From an uncultured Chloroflexia bacterium (GTDB lineage: Bacteria; Chloroflexota; Anaerolineae; Anaerolineales; UBA4823), in assembly GCA_963714425.1 (NCBI GenBank), contig CAVQOI010000005.1:19218-83217 (forward strand): 64,000 bases of DNA, in the 5' to 3' direction. Below the pieces are notes generated by a model. The model ran no database searches. It was not told where the DNA came from and worked only from the letters and a program-made list of their open reading frames with translations. Shown piece by piece: positions 19,907 to 29,092 of the stretch; position 1 is the first letter of the stretch; every line of letters begins with the position of its first letter. The position numbers were made by a program, and so were the translations under genes.

Positions 19907-20254
19907 ATGAAACGAGCAGTTAAGTCCATCTTCAAGGGCAACGTACAAGATTTTAGCGAGTTCGAGCGCCAGATTGCGGCTGCCCTCGAGCCCGTTTCGC
20001 CCCCCGATATGTTTGTGCGTGAACTACGCGAAAAATTATTAAATCAAATTGAAGAAACCCGATTTGGGAATAAGATCAGCACAAAGAACATATTCTTGCT
20101 CATCATCGCCGGTTTTCTGAGCATAATATTGGTCATTGCTACTGTTGCACGAGTAATAATTTCCCTTATCGCGGGCATACGTTTGTTCGATAAAGTGCGA
20201 AGCGAACGGGGGAATAAACGAAAACGGGCTACCAGCACGACTGAAGAAGGCTAG
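19907..20254 (+). CDS. Candidate anti-sigma factor (single-pass membrane protein)
   Basis: 115 aa and starts 10 nt after the sigma gene. One TM segment (IFLLIIAGFLSIILVIATVARVIISLIAGI). Position is the only evidence for the function. Confidence 0.4.
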   Translation: MKRAVKSIFKGNVQDFSEFERQIAAALEPVSPPDMFVRELREKLLNQIEETRFGNKISTKNIFLLIIAGFLSIILVIATVARVIISLIAGIRLFDKVRSERGNKRKRATSTTEEG

Positions 20255-20519
20255 GGGCGGCAAGATAGTATTCAGGCGAGTGCTGTGAGGGATTTAAACA
20301 CCGAAGGGTTTCATCCGATGCCAAGTGTGGTCAAGAAAGAGGATTCTAGCCACTGATTAAGCGCAGTAAACCATCCCCGCCTTTCACCCGGTTCGAGGGT
20401 GTTCATGGGTTCAGCGATAACACGCAAACATCCAGAAAACGATCCCAAAAATCAATAAATCAGGACAACTCCCAGGTAGACGAAAGCATTTCGGATAAAC
20501 CAACTGGTGAGCAGAGGCA

Positions 20520-21287
20520 TTATTCGCTTAGATCTCCAGGCGTAAGGTAATTTATACTGCGATGAGGGCGGACTTGGGCTTCGACATCGTCTTTTAAGAC
20601 ATTCCCTGATACGTGCATGAGCGTGTCCCCAAAATCAATATCTTTTCCCATGCTTGCGAGACAGGGGTAGTGATGGTGCAATAGACCAGCTTTTTCGCTA
20701 GCCTCATCCACCGAAACCCCAACCAGCTTTTCTGCAACGTAACGAGCACAGCCACAAACAGCATCTCTTTGTACTTGCACGGAGCTGATAGTACGTGATT
20801 TCTCGTCTACTTCAATTTCTAGATGAGGTTGACCGAAGTAGGACGCGAATTCGGAAATGAGTGGGCTCAGGTAGGTGATTCGCTGGCGGCGGGTGACGCC
20901 ATAATCGGTTTCGGTGAGCGAACATAGCGGTTTAGGCGTCGCGCAGACGACCCCAATATTATCCAGCCATCCTCGCAGCTGGCGTGCAAGGCCGCGGGGC
21001 AGCCAGGCTTCATTATCTACAGAGGCAATTACAGCTTGTGCGCCCGTCATTTTGGCGATATCTGGGATAAGCTCAGCAACTCCACGGTGCTCAGCAAACG
21101 AGAGAATGAGATCACTCTCAGGCAGTTCGGAAGGGAGGTAATCTTCGGGATAATCGAGAATTAGTGGAAATGTGGCAGGCGCCCGCCAGGTAACGATCTC
21201 CCAGGAGGGGGGTGCATGTTTCCGGATATTGTCAGCGTGACGGACCCCGTAATCACCTGAGATAATTGCCAAGATGCGCATAGTCAA
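20520..21287 (-). CDS. DUF166 / COG1810-like uncharacterised protein
   Basis: 255 aa. From memory, MRILAIISGDYGVRHADNIRKH...PKPLCSL...CGCARYVAEKL...HHHYPCLASM resembles the mainly archaeal DUF166 family. Conserved Cys/His suggest metal binding. Confidence 0.45.
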   Translation of the reverse strand: MTMRILAIISGDYGVRHADNIRKHAPPSWEIVTWRAPATFPLILDYPEDYLPSELPESDLILSFAEHRGVAELIPDIAKMTGAQAVIASVDNEAWLPRGLARQLRGWLDNIGVVCATPKPLCSLTETDYGVTRRQRITYLSPLISEFASYFGQPHLEIEVDEKSRTISSVQVQRDAVCGCARYVAEKLVGVSVDEASEKAGLLHHHYPCLASMGKDIDFGDTLMHVSGNVLKDDVEAQVRPHRSINYLTPGDLSE

Positions 21288-22372
21288 ATCCTTTTGGCCA
21301 GAGATTTTTGCCGTTCAATTAAAATCGTAGTGATTACGATTCCCAGAAATAGCAGCACTGCAACGCCATTTACTAAGCCTCCCCAACGACGGAGTACCGC
21401 ATTTGTAGCCAGGTCGCCTGCCAGGCGCATGACCAGAGAGCTGTGTAGGAGAACCAAGGGAAAATAAAAATTATTGGTGAACCCTACTGGAAAACCCAGT
21501 ACTGCAGGAAAGATAATTGGCGCGTGACCGAAGATCATTGAGATGACAAACCCCACCAAAATGGAATGCAAAAAAGCATCGTACCCAAGCCCACCTGCCA
21601 TACCGCCCAGGGTAATCCCCAGCAGACCGCCAATCCCCAGCCAAATAAAACCGGAGAGCAAGCAATACGCTGCATAGCGTGGCAAGCCTGGCTGCCGGAT
21701 TGTTCGTCGGGAGATATCGTTCGCCAGAAACCAGGAAGCCAGAGCAATCAAACCCAGGCCGAATAATCGTGTCCCCAGTGAGTGGGTGATGGCAGCAATG
21801 AACAATCCTACAATCATGAGTGTGATGCAGAAGGTGAAAGCAAGATTGGTAAGGCGCGAGATGCGTTGTAACTTACCCAGCTCCAAACGCTCTCCAGCAA
21901 TGGTCAAAACGAGAAACGCAATCCACCACAAAACCACACGGGGAATTGACCAACCACTTAACCACAAGACATTACCGATAGCAAAAAATAGGGCACCGAG
22001 GGCCATCGTCAAGGTGTACGCTGCAAACTGCTTGCGAAGTATGACATAAAATATGCCCACTAAAAAGAAGCTCCCCGATGTCAGGAGGAGTATTCCCCCA
22101 GTCGAGGAGGTTGCAAAAATTATGAGCAATGCACCAAGGCCACTGAGCAAAGGACCAATATACATCCACGTTGCTCGAAGTGCAACAGCTCTTTCCAATC
22201 CGATCAGGGTGCCAAGGAAGCCAGCGACCATCAACGGACCATGAGATCCCGGTAGGGCGGGCAGCAAGGGAGGCCAGGTCCATCCAATACGGATCAAGCC
22301 CGCCCAGAGTGCAGCTAAAAATGAAAGTAAAGCCAGCGCAAGAAATGGTGCATTTGTTCGGTATCGCGGCAT
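21284..22372 (-). CDS. Polytopic membrane protein with conserved His (possibly NnrS-like)
   Basis: 362 aa with roughly 11-12 TM segments. His-containing TM motifs include SHGPLMVAGFLGTLIGLER and FLHSILVGFVISMIFGHAPIIFP. 4-nt ATGA overlap with the DUF166 gene. The family assignment is tentative. Confidence 0.35.
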   Translation of the reverse strand: MPRYRTNAPFLALALLSFLAALWAGLIRIGWTWPPLLPALPGSHGPLMVAGFLGTLIGLERAVALRATWMYIGPLLSGLGALLIIFATSSTGGILLLTSGSFFLVGIFYVILRKQFAAYTLTMALGALFFAIGNVLWLSGWSIPRVVLWWIAFLVLTIAGERLELGKLQRISRLTNLAFTFCITLMIVGLFIAAITHSLGTRLFGLGLIALASWFLANDISRRTIRQPGLPRYAAYCLLSGFIWLGIGGLLGITLGGMAGGLGYDAFLHSILVGFVISMIFGHAPIIFPAVLGFPVGFTNNFYFPLVLLHSSLVMRLAGDLATNAVLRRWGGLVNGVAVLLFLGIVITTILIERQKSLAKRI

Positions 22373-22378
22373 CTGACA

Positions 22379-22702
22379 TTAATCTTTGAACATTAGTAAA
22401 AGCATTTTTGTGGGGGATTTCGCATAGATGCTATGAGGCAGATTAGCTTGCATGTGAGCCCAGGCTCCGGGTCGTGCATCGAAGGTGTCATTTCCAAGGG
22501 TCACCTTCGACTCACCTTCCAGGATGTGGAGCATAGCAGGCACCGACGCTGTGTGTTCGGAGAGCTCCTGACCTGAATCAAAGGCAAACAAGATTACTTT
22601 AATCCGGTCGTCTGTGAATAGGGTGCGGCTGATGATACTATCACGCTGAATCTCATGGACCTGATCTTGTATTTCGGCGAAGTATTGGTACTCGGAGCTC
22701 AT
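22379..22702 (-). CDS. Cupin-2 domain protein
   Basis: GQELSEHTASVPAMLHILEGESKVTLG...ARPGAWAHMQANLPHSIYA is the two-motif cupin pattern. I prefer the start MSSEYQYF at 22702, which has an AAAGGAAAG RBS. Confidence 0.7.
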   Translation of the reverse strand: MSSEYQYFAEIQDQVHEIQRDSIISRTLFTDDRIKVILFAFDSGQELSEHTASVPAMLHILEGESKVTLGNDTFDARPGAWAHMQANLPHSIYAKSPTKMLLLMFKD

Positions 22703-22724
22703 AATCTTTCCTTTTCGTGAAAAT

Positions 22725-23063
22725 TTATTTTGATAAAAGCTCACGGGCTAACCAGTGAGCTTCAGCAATAAGGTCAGCATCGATGGGGAGCACGTGATCC
22801 GGAGTGATGCGAAGTATAAAGTGACCCATGATTTCCCTAGTCATCGGGGGGATTGTTGGTAGCTCAAGGAATGCTTTCATGTGCACATACGCACTCGGAT
22901 TTGAGAGTTCAACACCTTGTCGCATCAAATACTCCGCCACAATGATGCCAACTGCCCTCCGAGCACAAACGCGCGCCTTACCCTCATTTCCTTGACGCCG
23001 AGCACCTTCAGCCTGATTGATTTCGTGGGTAAAGCGCGAGTCCCAGGATTGCCTGGATGTCAT
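22725..23063 (-). CDS. Hypothetical helical protein with an R-x4-H motif near the C-terminus
   Basis: The track ORF runs to 23177, but I prefer Met39 (23063). A TACAAT box sits 6 nt upstream of it, and the divergent gene starts at 23101. The motif LRITPDH fits Rx4H (HEPN-like), which is weak evidence. Confidence 0.3.
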   Translation of the reverse strand: MTSRQSWDSRFTHEINQAEGARRQGNEGKARVCARRAVGIIVAEYLMRQGVELSNPSAYVHMKAFLELPTIPPMTREIMGHFILRITPDHVLPIDADLIAEAHWLARELLSK

Positions 23064-23100
23064 GTGAAGATTGTACCGTAAAAGACGGTAAAATACATGC

Positions 23101-23325
23101 ATGGCACAAGATCTGCGCAAGTACGCGCGCCAGACTACCACGCGGCTCATCATAGGCGGGATTGCTCTGCTATTCATAATTGGGGACGGTTTAATATATT
23201 TTTTCTATGGAGAAGAGGCAGGGGCGATGGCGACACTATGCTTAATCGTGGGTTTGTCGCCCCTCGTGGTAATTTGGCTGGCACTTGAGGTGATTGGCTT
23301 GATTGCCCGCCGCGCGAACCGATGA
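23101..23325 (+). CDS. Small two-TM membrane protein
   Basis: 74 aa with two hydrophobic segments. ATGA overlap with the downstream esterase gene. Confidence 0.45.
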   Translation: MAQDLRKYARQTTTRLIIGGIALLFIIGDGLIYFFYGEEAGAMATLCLIVGLSPLVVIWLALEVIGLIARRANR

Positions 23326-23990
23326 ATGAACTCGGATCCGCAGAAAAGGTCCAAATTGGGGATTGGAATTTGCGTTTGCGTATCCCTGATGGTTCGGGGC
23401 CTTTTCCAGTAATCTTGATGCTTCATGGTTGGACAGGGGACGAAAACTCGATGTGGGTATTTGCCTCCCGTTTCCCCGAGAACGCAATGCTGATTGCCCC
23501 GCGCGGACCCTTTCCAACACCTCTCGGTGGATTCGGATGGCATGCTTACAAGGCGAAGATATGGCCCTGGCTGGATGAATTCCAGCCTGCCCTAAAAGCG
23601 CTTGATACTCTTCTAACGCCAGAGAACTTTCCGCAAGCGAATATTGGGCACTTGCATTTGGTTGGCTTTAGTCAGGGGGCGGCACTGGCCTTTTCGTTTT
23701 TACTGGAGAATGCCGGCAGAATCGCTTCCGTGGCAAGTTTGTCGGGTTTTTTGCCATACGGCGTGGATGCAATCGAAATCGATGAGTCTCTGGCTGGAAT
23801 TCCAATATTTATCGCACACGGCAGCGAGGACGATCTCGTGCCGGTTGACCGGGCGCGCGGTGCAGTGGCTTTCTTAGAAGCCGCGGGTGCCCGAGTAACC
23901 TATTGCGAGGATGAGGTAGGGCATAAACTCAGCACAAATTGCTTTCGGGGACTCGAATCCTTCTTTACAAAAGGTTTAGATCACTGGTAA
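23322..23990 (+). CDS. Alpha/beta hydrolase (phospholipase/carboxylesterase family)
   Basis: VILMLHGWTGDE, a nucleophile elbow GFSQGA, and HGSEDDLVP...H form a catalytic triad pattern. Confidence 0.7.
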   Translation: MNELGSAEKVQIGDWNLRLRIPDGSGPFPVILMLHGWTGDENSMWVFASRFPENAMLIAPRGPFPTPLGGFGWHAYKAKIWPWLDEFQPALKALDTLLTPENFPQANIGHLHLVGFSQGAALAFSFLLENAGRIASVASLSGFLPYGVDAIEIDESLAGIPIFIAHGSEDDLVPVDRARGAVAFLEAAGARVTYCEDEVGHKLSTNCFRGLESFFTKGLDHW

Positions 23991-25007
23991 CGGCTCTTCT
24001 ATGGAGCGCCCTGCGACATAACTGAATTCAAGAGCCAATTGCTGGCGGATGTGATTGAAAATTGCGCTGAGGGGTTGGTGTTGCGGGCACGATTGCTCAC
24101 ACATACCACAACCTGCACAAGAGATCATCCAGCGCATGACGTCTTGGGGCAAGAGCCGACCAAGAGAATCCCGTCTTGGCGTATCAACCGAGCATATTGG
24201 GCAGGCATCCAGGCAGGATTGGCAGCTCCCACAAGAGTACAACTGCTCGACAAGAGAATCAAGATCGGCTGGCATTACATCTGAGATGCCCTTGACCACT
24301 CTTTCTTGTGTGCGAGCCCTCCGTTCAGCCATTTGATCGAGCAGTTTCTGGCGCTGTTCGATGAGCTTATCCTCTGCTGGACCATCGGTGATTGTTTCCA
24401 GATGCAAACTCTCAGCAATGCTATCATCTGGAGTAAATACGAGCATATACTGGCGTACTGGCACGCCTAGCACACCGATATTGATGTCTGCATATTGGGC
24501 ACCAGGGAATATACACAACTGGCATGCTGAGCGGTAACGGTAAGCCATGATCCCGCCCTGGCGAGCGAATTGGAGGGTTTCATCGGTCAGTTCATCCGAA
24601 GAACCTTTTCGTTTTGAGCGCCAGGAGTACTCAGAAGACGGCAGAGTTCCCAAACAATCGATGCTGATCGTAAGCAAGCTTTTTAGCTGAATATCGGTGC
24701 GCTTTGCCATTTCGACGAGGGCGCGCAATTCGCAAGGGCGGAACATGGCAGCGTAAGAGGCTGATGATTCAGTAAGCAGATCAGGCACCAGTTTCGCCGC
24801 GTTAGTATTCATGATGGGTTTAAAGGGATTGACGGCGTCAAGCTGGGCTGGATTAACGATTAATTTGGGTTGTATGGAAGTTTCTGGCGAGCCGTTAATC
24901 GGCACCAACATTCCGTCTAGGCGGGACTGAAGCCAGACTGTGCGGATGAAATTGCGGAGCGTGTTTACGGGATCACCACGAGTATTCAACACCCAACTGG
25001 TAGACAT
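23976..25007 (-). CDS. FrhB/FdhB-like Fe-S protein with C-terminal 2x[4Fe-4S] ferredoxin motifs
   Basis: MFRPCELRALVEMAK...ISIDCLGT resembles the FrhB_FdhB C-terminal fold. The C-terminus has CGSCQSCLDACP and CAGCGMCEQSCP. It is the last gene of the Rieske/cyt b operon. Confidence 0.5.
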   Translation of the reverse strand: MSTSWVLNTRGDPVNTLRNFIRTVWLQSRLDGMLVPINGSPETSIQPKLIVNPAQLDAVNPFKPIMNTNAAKLVPDLLTESSASYAAMFRPCELRALVEMAKRTDIQLKSLLTISIDCLGTLPSSEYSWRSKRKGSSDELTDETLQFARQGGIMAYRYRSACQLCIFPGAQYADINIGVLGVPVRQYMLVFTPDDSIAESLHLETITDGPAEDKLIEQRQKLLDQMAERRARTQERVVKGISDVMPADLDSLVEQLYSCGSCQSCLDACPICSVDTPRRDSLGRLLPQDVMRWMISCAGCGMCEQSCPQHQPLSAIFNHIRQQLALEFSYVAGRSIEEPLPVI

Positions 25008-25037
25008 GACTGCCTCCTTTGCATTCCATTAAACCTA

Positions 25038-26969
25038 CTACGCACCTTGCTCCTGACCGGGCTCGAGCTGGTGGTCCAGTATTTCTGCGATGTCCAATAC
25101 CTGTACCTGCTCGCCTAAACCCTTGGAGCGAATGGCATCGTCAAACATGAGCAGGCAGTAAGGGCAAGCTGTAGCTATTGCATCCGCCTTAGCACTCAGC
25201 ACTTCATCTAAGCGACGATGATTGATGCGTGTCTCTGCATCCGTTTCCAACCACATCTGACCGCCCCCTCCGCCGCAACAAAAACTATTCTCCCCTTTAC
25301 GTGCGAGCTCTACTCGTTTGACCTTTGATTGATCGAGCAGCTGTCGGGGTTGGGCGTAAATATTGTTATAGCGCCCCAGGTAGCAGGAATCGTGGACAGC
25401 AAACCGGGCTTGTGCTCCATTGCCGTTAGCTGGGGACATCATGCCTGGCAGTTGCAATTCAGCTAAGAATTCGGTATAGTGTTGGACTTTGAAATTCCCG
25501 CCCATTTGCGGATATTCGTTCTTCAGCGTATTGAAGCAGTGTGGGCACTGGGTGACGATCCTATTGAACTTGATTTTTGAGAATACCTCAATGTTCTGTT
25601 CGGCGAAGGTCTGGAATAGATATTCATGTCCCATCCGCCTGGCAGTCTCTCCACAGCACATTTCATCAAAGCCAAGAATACCGAAATCAACACCAGCTTT
25701 GACCAGCAGGCGAGCAAACGATCGGGCAACTTTCTTATTGCGATCGTCGAAAGCGAAAGCGCATCCCAAGAAAAGCAGCACGTCCGTCTCGTCGCCTGGA
25801 GCTAATTCGCGTAATTCGAGCCCTTCCGCCCATGCTAGCCTGTCTTCTGGGGGCATCCCCCAGGGGTTGCCCTGACGCTCCATGTTTCGCAATGTGTCCG
25901 CGACCGATTTAGGTAGTTTTCCGGTTGTCAATGCCTGATAGCGGCGCAAATCGATGATGGCATCTACCGGGTTGACGAAGGCGGGGCACTTCACCAGACA
26001 GGCTCCACAGGTTGTGCACGACCAGGCGAAATCCTCCGGGAGAACCTCTCCTAAGATCTCACTGTCTGGGTGCCCATTAGGGCTGACCAAAGTATCGAGC
26101 ATGCCAGATCTGAGCGATTGGATCAGGTTTTTTGGGGTATATGCCATACCGCTGATGGTGGCGGGACAGGCCTCTTCACAGCGCCCACAGCGCACACAAG
26201 CATCGAAGGATAATAGCTGGATACTCTGGAATTCTGTGATCTTGCCCACACCCAGCTTCTCGGCATCATCAATATTTTCAATCTTGCTTAATGCACCCAA
26301 TTTTCTTCTCGGGTGAACGAGGATCTGTAGCGGTGTGAAAATTAGATGGCGCAGCTTGGTAAATGGGATGCTGGCAACCAAAGCCAAACCCAAGCCTATA
26401 TGGGAGTATAGAAAAACCGGGTGCAGACTGGCTGCCATTTCTGGTGTCATACCAAGGGTGCGTCCGAAGTGCGCAAGTGCGTTGCCAACCGGCGACCAGC
26501 TGGCCCAGGCAGGTGAGGTGGAAAGGAATCTGGCAGCTTCTGTGGCGAAGCCCACAAGCGGAAGAAGACCGAGTAGAGTGAGCGCGTAAGCATCATCCCA
26601 GCTATTTTCTAGCGTTTTCGGGCGTGCAATAAAGCGCCTGATAGCTGCCATGAAAACACCCAAAATTATGGCTACGCCAGCAATATCCATAATCAGCTCA
26701 TACCCAAGGTAGGCAGCGCCGCGTGGAAAAGGCAGCTCAACAAATGGGATAAAGAGCTGCATTTGCATCAAGTTGATGGCGGTTCCTAACACTTGAACGG
26801 TCACGCCCCAGAAGATAAAAGCATGCATGATGCCAGGGTAAATCTTCTTATAGAGGCGTACTTGACCGAGGGTATTGACGAAGAATTCTGATAAATACGG
26901 CTTGAGGGTTTCTAGCGATTTTCTTATATCCCATCTTCTAGGAGTCGTTGATAGCGTCTTTGTGGTCAT
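25038..26969 (-). CDS. Membrane-bound HdrD/DsrK-like Fe-S reductase (NarI-like TM domain, 2x[4Fe-4S], two CCG domains)
   Basis: N-terminal 5-6 TM region with conserved His (IMHAFIFWG, YSHIGLG, LRHLIF). Ferredoxin motifs CVRCGRCEEACP and CTTCGACLVKCP. CCG-type Cys motifs (LGCAFAFD...MCCG...CPHC and FCCGGGGG...CPYC). Confidence 0.75.
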   Translation of the reverse strand: MTTKTLSTTPRRWDIRKSLETLKPYLSEFFVNTLGQVRLYKKIYPGIMHAFIFWGVTVQVLGTAINLMQMQLFIPFVELPFPRGAAYLGYELIMDIAGVAIILGVFMAAIRRFIARPKTLENSWDDAYALTLLGLLPLVGFATEAARFLSTSPAWASWSPVGNALAHFGRTLGMTPEMAASLHPVFLYSHIGLGLALVASIPFTKLRHLIFTPLQILVHPRRKLGALSKIENIDDAEKLGVGKITEFQSIQLLSFDACVRCGRCEEACPATISGMAYTPKNLIQSLRSGMLDTLVSPNGHPDSEILGEVLPEDFAWSCTTCGACLVKCPAFVNPVDAIIDLRRYQALTTGKLPKSVADTLRNMERQGNPWGMPPEDRLAWAEGLELRELAPGDETDVLLFLGCAFAFDDRNKKVARSFARLLVKAGVDFGILGFDEMCCGETARRMGHEYLFQTFAEQNIEVFSKIKFNRIVTQCPHCFNTLKNEYPQMGGNFKVQHYTEFLAELQLPGMMSPANGNGAQARFAVHDSCYLGRYNNIYAQPRQLLDQSKVKRVELARKGENSFCCGGGGGQMWLETDAETRINHRRLDEVLSAKADAIATACPYCLLMFDDAIRSKGLGEQVQVLDIAEILDHQLEPGQEQGA

Positions 26970-27400
26970 GCCTCGCCTCCTACGTAGACCTCATCACCGG
27001 CCACCGATACAGCTAGTGGAGCTAGCGCCTTTGGAGGTGGACCTGAGATTACATGACCGTCCAAAGGATCAAAATATCCTTCATGGCATGGACATACGAT
27101 TTGAGATATTTCTGGATCCCATTTGCAGATGCAGGCGAAGTGCGTACATACTGCTGAATATGCTCGCAGACCCTCAGGGGTATTGACCACCAGGGCTGGA
27201 TAACGCCCAAAACGGACTGTCTTCGCCATCCCGACAGGAAGCTCTGAGACTTTGCTGACCAGCACCGGCTCTGATGGCATCTCCTCCAGATTGGGGGGGT
27301 AGAAGAAGGCAACCACGGGTCCAAATACCGCCGCCAGACCGGTGGCAGAGAGAGCTTTTTTGGCTAAGGAAAGAAATTCGCGGCGTGATATCTGGCTCAT
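26966..27400 (-). CDS. Rieske [2Fe-2S] protein with twin-arginine signal
   Basis: MSQISRREFLSL is a Tat motif. CTHFAC...CPCHEG is the Rieske CxH / CxxH pair. I prefer the start at 27400, which has a GGAGAGGTGA RBS. ATGA overlap with the downstream HdrD-like gene. Confidence 0.85.
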   Translation of the reverse strand: MSQISRREFLSLAKKALSATGLAAVFGPVVAFFYPPNLEEMPSEPVLVSKVSELPVGMAKTVRFGRYPALVVNTPEGLRAYSAVCTHFACICKWDPEISQIVCPCHEGYFDPLDGHVISGPPPKALAPLAVSVAGDEVYVGGEA

Positions 27401-27402
27401 GT

Positions 27403-27804
27403 CTAGCTCACCTCTCCCCAAATCGTTAATGCGATCAGCAGCACCATCCCAACAATGACAGCAATAAGCCGTGTCGTGTAGATTTTTTTGGATGTGTCCG
27501 GCTTACGGTCAAAGAAAGGCCAAAGCGCAATGATTCCGACCCCAATTACGGGTAATACTGCACCAATAGTTTTTGGGATGTATTTCAACAGCTGGTATAG
27601 AGCCAGGAAATACCATTCCGGTTTAACATGAGCGGGAGTGTCCATTGGGTCGGCGGGGTCGCCCAAACCGATCGGGACGAAGAAACCCAGGATTGCTATG
27701 GCAACTATCACGAAGGTAACGCCCAACACAACCCGGAATTCGGTGCGTACGTGATCAGGGTAGAAAGGAATAGATTCTTCTTCGGTCGCGTGGAGTTCAG
27801 CCAT
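27403..27804 (-). CDS. Cytochrome b C-terminal domain (b6f subunit IV-like)
   Basis: 133 aa with three TM segments and the PEWYFLALYQLLKYIP motif. Confidence 0.8.
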   Translation of the reverse strand: MAELHATEEESIPFYPDHVRTEFRVVLGVTFVIVAIAILGFFVPIGLGDPADPMDTPAHVKPEWYFLALYQLLKYIPKTIGAVLPVIGVGIIALWPFFDRKPDTSKKIYTTRLIAVIVGMVLLIALTIWGEVS

Positions 27805-27828
27805 TAATATCTCCTAGAATTTTAGCGC

Positions 27829-28833
27829 TCACAGCGGTTTAGCAACACCTTGACGGCGCACCATCAAGAAATGGGATCCCATAAAGACCAGGGTCATGAT
27901 CGGGATGACGATGACATGCAGACTGTAGAACCGGCTCAGAGTCAAGGCACCCACATCCCAACCCACACGCAGGAAAACAAGCGATAAGTTGCCAATCACT
28001 GGGATTGCTCCGGCGATCTCTGTACCCACCGTGGTTGCCCAAAATGCACGCTGGTCCCAGGGGAGCAGGTAGCCAGTGAAACCGAAGCCCAGGGTCAATA
28101 TAAGCAGGATCACACCACTCACCCAATTAAGCTCCCGAGGAGCCTTGAACGCCCCCATGACAAAGACTCGCAGCATGTGGGCAGTGCACATGACAATCAT
28201 GCCATTAGCTGCCCAATGGTGGATAGCCCGGATGGCAGCCCCAAAGCGCACCTGTGTCTCAATAAAGAGGATGCTTGCGTAAGCAGCCTCAGGTGTGGGT
28301 TTGTAGTAAAAAGCCAGCATGATACCGGTGATAGCCTGGACGACAAAAAGGAATGCGGTAATGCCTCCCAGACAGTACCACCAGCGTAAGGCAAATGTCG
28401 GGACTGGCTTGTTCAGAACTTTGGAAAGCGGATCACGGATGGAGTAGCGTTCATCGACCCACTCGAAGGCACGGAGCTGGAGCGGTTTCCAGGGAGCGCG
28501 GGTGACCCAGGCGCTGGCGCTGCGATAAACTCCCATTACGAACACCAGCCCGACCATTCCGAAGAACGTCCACCGCACCAGTGGTGTCCAGAGACCTTTA
28601 TTCTCTCCGCTGATATGGCAGTGCAAGCACGGGTCTCTTTCCGGCGGCGGGATTGTGGCAGCGGCACTCGGGTCATGAGATACATTCTGAACGATTGACC
28701 AGGCTGGTATGGAGGGGTCTGGCGCGGTCGCCATCGCCTTGCCATGGGCGTTCATGAAGATTGCCCCAGCAAGCCCAAGGACAAGCAAAACAGTGAAGGA
28801 TAGTAGGAGGATGCGCGGGGAACGATTTGTCAT
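27829..28833 (-). CDS. Cytochrome b (b6-like N-terminal domain) with an N-terminal extension carrying a c-type haem motif
   Basis: Cyt b core (WWYCLGGITAFLFVVQAITGIMLAFYY, AIHHWAANGM, GYLLPWDQRAFWATTV, SLHVIVIP). The N-terminal TM helix is followed by CLHCH (CxxCH). Confidence 0.8.
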   Translation of the reverse strand: MTNRSPRILLLSFTVLLVLGLAGAIFMNAHGKAMATAPDPSIPAWSIVQNVSHDPSAAATIPPPERDPCLHCHISGENKGLWTPLVRWTFFGMVGLVFVMGVYRSASAWVTRAPWKPLQLRAFEWVDERYSIRDPLSKVLNKPVPTFALRWWYCLGGITAFLFVVQAITGIMLAFYYKPTPEAAYASILFIETQVRFGAAIRAIHHWAANGMIVMCTAHMLRVFVMGAFKAPRELNWVSGVILLILTLGFGFTGYLLPWDQRAFWATTVGTEIAGAIPVIGNLSLVFLRVGWDVGALTLSRFYSLHVIVIPIMTLVFMGSHFLMVRRQGVAKPL

Positions 28834-29092
28834 GGGCGACTACCTCAATGAATCTGAGCGTTTTTGCAAGTTTTTGTTTGATTCTTATCATAAGGATACT
28901 GGATTTGCACACTGCATGTAAACCCCTGATGGTCTGAACTTATCTCAGGTGCGCGACCTAATTCCATCCACTATGGACCCTAGAAGGCATTGGGGTTATT
29001 TACCCAACGGCAAATAATTACGCTCGTTCATAGTTGTCTGCATTCTATGGTCAGCATATCCAACCTCTCTACAGATTTTGGACCAGGAAGTG

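Noticed and set aside
20385-20401. T-arm-like hairpin CACCC-GGTTCGA-GGGTG in the 265-bp convergent intergenic region, a possible tRNA remnant
   Set aside because: No acceptor, D or anticodon arms can be built from the flanking sequence. The TTCGA is out of register within the loop.
20454-20519. 22-aa hydrophobic mini-ORF (MPLLTSWFIRNAFVYLGVVLIY) whose ATG overlaps the DUF166 stop (TAATG)
   Set aside because: It is too short to support without conservation or ribosome-profiling data, and could be chance.
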